From assembly GCF_002113885.1 (NCBI RefSeq), contig NW_018407390.1, forward strand, positions 2,725,587 to 2,789,586: a DNA stretch of 64,000 nucleotides, written 5' to 3'. The notes beneath the pieces are model-generated. The model had not been told where the DNA came from. It did not search any database and worked only from the letters and a program-made list of their open reading frames with translations. Shown here one piece after another: positions 56,560-64,000 of the stretch. Positions within the stretch are counted from its first letter, which is position 1. Each line of letters opens with the position of its first letter. The position numbers and the translations under genes are program-made. Source of the DNA: Mizuhopecten yessoensis (taxonomy: Eukaryota).

Positions 56560-59165
56560 TATATTTATACAATTAATACAACACAAACATTGATCTATAA
56601 ATCTGAGGATAGCCCATGAAAGCTCGAAAGCTTATTTCCAATGGGGTCCATGTTATATTGATCACGGGAAAGATTTTGGTAGGAGGGAATGATTGACAAC
56701 ATATTATTAACTTTATTGTCAGTACCTACAGTAATTCCGTAATGACTATATAATCTAAGAAACACACATATATATGTTCAGGTTTAAATAGTAACCCCAA
56801 CTTAAAATATGTAACGTGACTTTCTAAGTATTTCTAAATAACAAAAATAATACGGTACAGATGTCGTCAGCACGTGGATTGCGATGACACAACGTTTGTT
56901 TTCTTAGGGTTGGGGATCCCCCTACCAGCAAAGTCTATTTGTTTTGTGCCACCGCAATCACATATAATTGTGTTATCAGCATGAATTTTGAAATTTAAAA
57001 GCGAGATGTTTCTTCACTGCTGCCTTAAATGCATACATGGATTTTATACCCTTGATTTTGTCAGGCAGACTATTCCAGTCATGGATCCCGTTAAGATAAA
57101 AAGTAGCGGTATCTTTCCCTTTACATGGTGGAACAACAAAATTAAAAAGACATGATCGTGTGTTATGCTGATGAACACCTGACACTTTTATGAAGTTTAG
57201 GTTTAAGTAGGATGGACATTTTCCATAAAAAATCTTGTTCACATGATTAAGTCTTAATTGTTTGACTCTATATTCTATATTTAACATATTGAGCTTTGAC
57301 AGCTCAGTGGGAGTGATACTCGTTCTGGGTTCTAATTGGCTAATAAATCGGACAACTTTATTTTGTAAAATCTGTAATTTGTTCTTCATTTTCTTGTTTA
57401 ATCCTGAGTTCCACGCGGAGCATGCATAATCTAGGTGACACTGTATAAGTGCAGAACATAAACTTTGTCTGGTTTTTGTAGTTAGACATTTACTTTGTCT
57501 GTATAAAAATTTCAGTCTAGAATTAACTTTCTTTACGATGTTTTCTACTATTTCTTCGCCAGACATACAACAATCTATATTAGCTCCAAGATATTTCACA
57601 GATTTTGTTGATTTGATGGTATGATTGTTTGCGACACTTTCAAAATGATCAATTTGATTTAATTTTCTTTTCGTTCCAAATAGTATGCTCTCTGTTTTAC
57701 CAAAATGCAACGAAAGCTTATTATCCACTAACCACTCTGCACATGATTCAAGTACAGCACCAAGTTTCATGGAAATTATTTCTGGGCTTTTAGGTGCGAA
57801 AAGGATAACACTGTCATCGGCATATAATAGTAATTTGCATTCTCCATCAATGCTGATTGCCATATCGTTGACTTAGCATAAGAATAAAAGAGGGCCTAAA
57901 ATACTACCTTGTGGTACCCCACCCGTAATAGTAGCTGGGTCCGAGTAGATATCGTGAATTTTGACTGTCTGATGTCTGTTACTCAGATATGATCTAAACC
58001 AATTTACAGATGTCACACCCATCATTTTCAACTTGCCACACAGAATGTCATGGTCAACCGTGTCAAAAGCTTTGCGTAGTTCTAGAAGCAACATGCCAGT
58101 GTAAAGACCTTTACTAGTATTACATTTAATATGGTCAGGCAAATGTATAAGACAGGTATCAGTGGAGTATGCCTTCCTAAACCCTGATTGATATTCATAA
58201 AGCATGTTGTTGTTGGTTTTTATCAGAAATGCTTCCATCTGTGAATACACCGTTCGTTCTGATAATTTAGAGACAATGCTCAATATACTTACTTGTCTGT
58301 AATTACCAGTATCCAGACTGCTTCCTTTTTTATAAAGAGGTTTGACGCGGGCAGATTTCATATCATCTGGAAATTTCCCTTCTATAATTGACATGTTAAT
58401 TAAAAACGTGATAGGAATTTGTTCAAGACTTCAGCACCATCTTTCAAAAACTTGGCTGGGATTTCGTCCAGTCCTGTACTTTTACTCTGATTTAGTTTAC
58501 AAAGTTCCTTAAAGATATACTCCTCTGATACCTGACGGAGAACAAATTTCTTCTCTCTTGGATTTATTAATTTGTAAAAATTCGTTTAAAGAGCTGAACC
58601 TATGGAGTACAACTTCTTGGCTGGAGGTAACTCTTGTACCAATTTGGAAGCTACATTTGTAAAATAGTTATTAAAATGATCTGCTACACCTTTGTGGTCA
58701 TGACAGTTTTCTCCATCTATATTTAAAACAATATTTGAATCTCCTTTTGCTTTATTTGTATAGCCCAAATCTTTCAGATGTTGCCATAATTTCTTTGAAT
58801 CATGTTTGTTTTTTTCTATTTTTTCCGAAAAGTAATTTGACTTAGCATCTTTTACATCCCTTTGTACTTTGTTTCTAATGGTACAGTAAGACATGTAGTC
58901 CTCATTATTTTTACTAGCTGTGAATAAATTCAGGAAACCATCTCTGTGTTTAATATTTTCTAAAATCTCTGGTGTAATCCATGGTTCGCTCCGTTGTTTT
59001 ACTCGTACCTCTTTCACAGGTGTATCTGTGTCTAAAACCGTCATAAAAATGGTTTTGAAGGCTACCCATGCACTATCTACATCCTTTGCATTAAAACAGT
59101 CTTCCCAATTTGCCCTAGTTAAGCCAGCCCTGAAATTTTCTTTGCTGTATGTTTTTATGTTTGAA
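56560..59165 (-). mobile_element. 5'-truncated L2/Crack-like LINE; ORF2 disrupted
   Basis: Complete RT motif series (KSTGLD, PLYKKG, QSGFR, KAFDTVDH, GVPQGSILGPLLF, YADD, KYLG, WNSLP). In-frame stops at 58586 and 57873, a frameshift near 58420, and a 3'UTR hairpin aagctttcgagctt near 56620-56633. The 3' boundary is approximate. Confidence 0.92.
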
Positions 59166-59190
59166 TTGCTTTGTTACATCATTTCTAATT

Positions 59191-59368
59191 GAATAGAGGT
59201 TCCCCAACGAGTGTTGGTTGGTTATCAGGTTTATCTAACTCAAGTTAGTTAATCTTCAGATTGTATAAAGACACGAGGTTGACCGAGTGTCTTTTACAAT
59301 TTGAAAATTAACTAACGAGAGCAAGACAAATGTGATAACTAATCATCACGAGTTTGGGAACCTGTTTC
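59191..59368. mobile_element. Imperfect palindromic MITE
   Basis: aggttccc...gggaacct termini, inner pairs gttagttaat/attaactaac and aaagacac/gtgtcttt around the centre gaggttgaccga. Confidence 0.75.
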
Positions 59369-59789
59369 TCCCATAACGTTCGCATTTTATCTTGAAAAAA
59401 CACGTTTTCCTTGGAAAATACATCATGTGTGTTTCCGATAAGGGAAATAATGCCTCGGGAATGGCGCCATAATGGCAAATGGCGTCAAAAAAGCATTGTT
59501 TTGTGACGTCATAAATAACAGATTAGCCAATGAAATCACGTCCAAGGAGTTACCCACTAGTGAGTAACCAAAATTGTTTACCAACTCCTAGCAGGTTTAT
59601 CCAATCAGTCATGAGTGAGAAAACCTGCAGTGGTGGTGGGAGAAAAGCTAATCTGGTCCTTACTTACCTCTTTTGTATTGTATCGTATAAAAGTATTTAC
59701 CCTGTTTTTATTACCCTCTGTTATATTATTTCTAATGAATGGCTATCTCTGTTTTAATTTTTCGCCATGATATTATTTCTGATTACTTC

Positions 59790-61095
59790 TAACCCCATCC
59801 TCGATATCCAAGGGTTACGCTCACTTACACTCTCTACACCCATGGAATATGCCATAGCAAAATTGAAGGATCAGTGTGCGCCTCTTTGTTGATGAGACAA
59901 GAAGACTAGTTCAATCAAAGAATCTCGCGGTCGCGTAACGGTAAAATTGAATGACTTTCTAAGTCGGGTGTCGTCCCTTTTGTAATCTTCAAAGGACAGA
60001 TATCAGCCTAGCGATTGGTCAGGTGTTTTTTTTACCTGAGACCAATCAAACATGTTCTCACCTGGGTTTTACTTACCTCTGTTATATCAGTTCTAATGAA
60101 TTCTTGCCTGGGTTTTACTTACTTACTTTTACGTGGTACATATGTAATATTTCTAAAGAATTCTTGCCTGGGTTTTACTTACTTATTTCTACGTGGTACA
60201 TATGTATTTTTTTCTAACGAATTCTTGCCTGGGTTTTACTTACTTACTTTTACGTGGTACATATGCATTATTTCTAAAGAATTCTAGCCTGGGTTTTACT
60301 TACTTACTTTTACGTGGTACATATGTATTATTTCTAAAGAATTCTTCCTGGGTTTTACTTACTTACTTTTACGTGGTACATATGTATTATTTCTAACGAA
60401 TTCTAGCCTGGGTTTTACTTATTTACTTTTATGTGGTACATATGCATTATTTCTAAAGAATTCTTGCCTGGGTGTTACTTACTTACTTTTACGTGGTACA
60501 TATGCATTATTTCTAATGCATTTTAGCCTGGGTTTTACTTACTTACTTTTACGTGGTACGTATGTATTATTTCTAACGAGAAATCATCTGGTTGTTACTC
60601 TCTGTTATCTTATTTCTAGTGAACAAATTGGCGAACCTCTGTTGGTTTTAGAAAGAAATAAGCCTGTTGTAACACACCGCATGTTACCGTAAAAGGACAA
60701 TTATATACACCCCATTCATAACCCCATCCTCGATACTCCAGGGATAATGCTCACTTATGCTCTCTGCACCCCTGGAATATGTCATAGAAAAATTGAAGGC
60801 ACGTGGCTAGCTATTTGATTGGTCTCATGTAAAAATCAACATACTCACCAATCACTAGGCTGATATCTGTCTTTTGAAGATTACAGAGGAGCGACACACA
60901 ACATCAAAGCCTGCCAGTTTTACCGTTATGCGACCGTGAAATTCATGTAATGTACATAAAAGGATCGAACAAGTCTTCTTGTCTCATCCACGAGGTGCCG
61001 CACACTTAAGCCTCCGATTTTGCTATGACATATTCAAGGGGTGCAGAGAACGATCTAAGGTGATCGTAACCCCTGGTGTATCGAGCATGCCCTAA
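59790..61095. mobile_element. Composite of one MITE family: arm 59790-60050, inverted arm 60814-61095, extra direct partial arm 60719-60800
   Basis: Inverted matches: gatgagacaagaagact/agtcttcttgtctcatc, tgtaatcttcaaa.gacagatatcagcctag/ctaggctgatatctgtc.tttgaagattaca, tgagaccaatcaaa/tttgattggtctca. aaccccatcctcgata is direct at 59791 and 60720. Confidence 0.85.
60060..60620. repeat. 60-61-bp minisatellite, about 9 copies
   Basis: Unit cctgggttttacttacttacttttacgtggtacatatgtattatttctaaagaattcttg. Confidence 0.96.
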
Positions 61096-61099
61096 CCCA

Positions 61100-61280
61100 C
61101 GAACCGTGGGTTTACTTCTGTGTCCTTTGCTAAAGGGACATCGATGAAACGAAAATAGATCTGCCGTTCCCATGGCAACACATGGAATCTACACGTTTTC
61201 GGTGATATTTCACAAGGCAATGCAACCGTCCTCATATGACCCTGGCTGTTGCGAGAACGTTAAACTCCAAATAAACAGAG
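61100..61280 (+). mobile_element. SINE 3' fragment
   Basis: Ends ccgtcctcatatgaccctggctgttg..acgttaaac..aaataaaca, a variant of the shared SINE tail. Confidence 0.5.
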
Positions 61281-62289
61281 GAATACACCAGCCAAGAAAA
61301 TGCTAAAGTTAAAACTTTAGTTTGTTATGCGAGAGTGTATGGCTCTGTAATCTTATTAAGGAACAGTTACACATGTTATCATATTCTTCTTTAAAAATGT
61401 TTTTTTCGCAAATCTGTCCATAGAATAAAAAGGAATGGATGAATATTGCTCTTCGTCTGGTGTCTCCACCTCGACTGGTCTGGTGTGGCTGTACCTATCC
61501 AGTATTGACAGAAGTTTCAATATGAAAATAAAAACTATAGATTATTTATAGTTATATTACACCGTATGTTTATAGTATATACAGGTTACTGAGACATGTA
61601 TATATAAGGGTACTCAATGCAAAAATAATCTATAAGATTTTTTTATTGTACATTTTATCTTATTCATGTTTCCTTTGAATCATCTAAATTTACAGTCATC
61701 AACATTTTCTTCTGTGCAGCCATATTTAAATCAAAATTTAGCTCTCGGGTTCATCGAAATCAAGACACAATATGATACAAACGCATTGCTATAGGAATAA
61801 TTGGGGTGGGATATACGAAAAGGTTGAGAAATATTGGGAAAGCTCTATGTTGAAAGTGAAAAAGTTCGCATTATTTTAATTATGAACCCTCCAGTCTATT
61901 ATGTCCTTTTTTCTGCAAATGAACGCATTTAATATACAAATGATTACGCATCGATAACTGAGAGAGCATTGCTATGATAGGGGTGGGGTGGGGGCTATAC
62001 AATTATGAAGTAGAGAAAATCATTACTAAGCTACCGATATCAAATGTCAGCTTTGGCTGATTTGTATACTGAACACATAGCATGCATTTTTTGGAATTGG
62101 AGTTATACCGTGCCCTTAAATGATATACACATCAATCTGGCTTATGGACTACTTAGCATATATATGACCTAATTACCTGTTAACATCATTATGCTCCATC
62201 CATTCCGTGCTTTGCCCGTGTGAGGGCTACACTCACTATCATGCAATTTTGTTTTCCCTTAGGGATGTTGTATACAAAATTTATTCCAA

Positions 62290-62853
62290 ATCTGTCCTTT
62301 TGTCCTCAGAAGAAAAAATATTTCCCAATTAAACGGGACCCTGTCCTCAATCCCCAGGGAGGCTACATCCTTCATCAAACAAAATGTATGTCCTATACAC
62401 TTTGGTTAAAATCAGGAAATTGATTGTATTCAGTGTATTCAGATTCCTATGGTACAGCTAATGAAATGTTGATGTTTCAATGACTAGCACGATATGTACT
62501 CTAGCAAATGACCAGTAGCCGAGATGTCAGTAAAATATTTACGGGAATGAAATCGAAATGTCGATTCAACTATGTTAGTACCAAATTTACGTTTTACAAA
62601 TGTAGCTATAAGAGTTATTAATGTGCGAAATCACCGACAAACAACACATCGATCAGCTACGCTTTGTTAGTACCCAGTCATAGACTAATTAATATAAGTG
62701 TTAAGTGTATACATGTATATCAATTTCGTGATTTTAACCAAAGTTTATAGGATGTATACATTTTGTTTGATGAAGGATGTAGCCTCCCTGGGGATTGAGG
62801 ACAGGGTCCCGTTTAATTGGGAAATATTTTTCTTCTGAGGACAAATGACAGAT
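62290..62853. repeat. ~135-bp inverted repeat (62290-62424 / 62719-62853) with a ~295-bp spacer
   Basis: Perfectly paired core of about 75 bp (aaatatttcccaattaaacgggaccctgtcctcaatccccagggaggctacatccttcatcaaacaaaatgtat). Confidence 0.95.
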
Positions 62854-63278
62854 AGTTGTACATGTATGTCTATATGAACCCCTCATCTCGATTCGGAACT
62901 GGCCGCCACAATATATATATATATATAGTATCTTAAACGTTTAGGCATATCAAAAGTATTCTACACTACTTATTAATAGATATAAAATATTATTATATGC
63001 ATGGATTTCTGCAAAAAAAAAAAAGAGAGAAAAGGGAAATGTTCAACTTCTTGTAAAAAGAAATGCGAAAGGTACATGTGTGCGTAGATTATGTGAAAGT
63101 AAAACATAAAACGTTTTATGATTGTAGAAAATCAAATATATTATATACTTCGGCGATTTTGAGTTCAACAGTTGTATGTATTTGCTTTAAAGGATTTAAA
63201 AGCAAAAACAAAATCTATTTGTATACCCACATCCGGTATATATATTGTTTTCATAACGGGTTAAACCGCGGGTTAGAC

Positions 63279-63372
63279 TAGTACTAATATTATTACCCGG
63301 CCTCCTCTGCCCCGGCCGGCGCAATATATAAAAAAAATCTCTCGTCGTCAGAAAGCTACGTTATCGCAGCTA
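63279..63372. mobile_element. 94-bp non-autonomous DNA-transposon-like insert with a 9-bp direct repeat (AcademH-like)
   Basis: Begins TAG, ends CTA, and is flanked by gggttagac at 63270-63278 and 63373-63381. Confidence 0.55.
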
Positions 63373-63554
63373 GGGTTAGACCAGCTAGAGCGTTTAAGTT
63401 TATTTTACTTTTGAGCAGAGACGTAGTATACTTGCTTTATATATGTCTCTTGTAGTGAGTATATGCCATTCAAGCTCCTGGATGATTATCGTTAGACTTC
63501 AATCAAGCGTCTGTATAACCTGACCCATGGCAGATTTCATGTTTTCGAGCGAAA

Positions 63555-63701
63555 ATGTCACAAGACAGAAATGCGTTATGCTGTTTAATTTTACAGGAAC
63601 ATTTCGGAGAATTAATTTCGAAGGTCGCTCAAGTTTTACTCAAGAAAGGACCGTGCATACTTAAATACATATTGGTGGAATCGGGACTTCAATTGAAACA
63701 G
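63555..63701 (+). CDS. POLR3C: RNA polymerase III subunit RPC3/RPC62, first coding exon (49 codons)
   Basis: MSQDRNALCCLILQEHFGELISKVAQVLLKKGPCILKYILVESGLQLKQ matches the recalled human N-terminus MTQAEIKLCSLLLQEHFGEIVEKIG...LDQ. Phase-0 donor CAG|GTACAG; the read-through sequence loses similarity. Confidence 0.9.
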
Positions 63702-63944
63702 GTACAGCAGACTTGTTGTGCTTCCGACGATACCTAATTCGACGGATTGCATCGGCATTATTTGACGATGAGATGGCTCTCAATTCAAGTTGCATCATGG
63801 TCCGATATATATTTAATTTCTTACAGATCAAATATCTTCATTTGACGTTGTTTAAAGAGACTGGCAATTATCAATTATTTAACCTTATGATATATAGAAA
63901 ACATTTTCAACTAAGTCACCTAATTTGACGGATGGTGTGCATGT

Positions 63945-64000
63945 GTAACATGAGAGGGAAAATGCACGGCCAGACCGGGGTTGGAACCCGGGACCCTCCG
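63945..64000 (-). mobile_element. tRNA-derived SINE head fragment (intronic, cut by the window end)
   Basis: Reverse complement cggagggtcccgggttccaaccccggtctggccg contains a B-box-like GGTTCnAnCC. Confidence 0.55.

Noticed and set aside
63702-63928. POLR3C ORF read-through and the overlapping 71-aa ORF
   Set aside because: Intronic after the donor at 63702; no similarity to RPC3.
63945-64000. Possible tRNA gene
   Set aside because: Only a degenerate B-box is visible, with no demonstrable cloverleaf; better explained as a SINE head.

Overview
Eukaryotic, AT-rich, repeat-dense DNA. It is most likely from a bivalve mollusc, inferred from the SINE and MITE types. None of the long ORFs in the track is a host gene: they are LINE remnants or read-through of minisatellites. 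The real genes are short spliced exons that the ORF track misses or mis-extends. (1) A complete two-exon, minus-strand neuropeptide-type precursor (exons 51340-51241 and 46639-46521): signal peptide, KR, a 31-aa pGlu...amide peptide QDLNDLFSRIMAMYGYGSNINSPLYMRFGAA, then G-RK-stop. It has its own TATA box and poly(A) signal. (2) A second minus-strand signal-peptide exon with the same architecture (16364-16229), whose downstream exon I could not locate. (3) The first coding exon of POLR3C/RPC3 (63555-63701, +). The rest consists of CR1/L2-group LINE fragments of several ages, Meta- and V-type SINE copies, palindromic MITEs or foldbacks, and at least eight unrelated tandem arrays (units of 15, 21, 24, 25, 43-44, 47, 60-61 and 62 bp).
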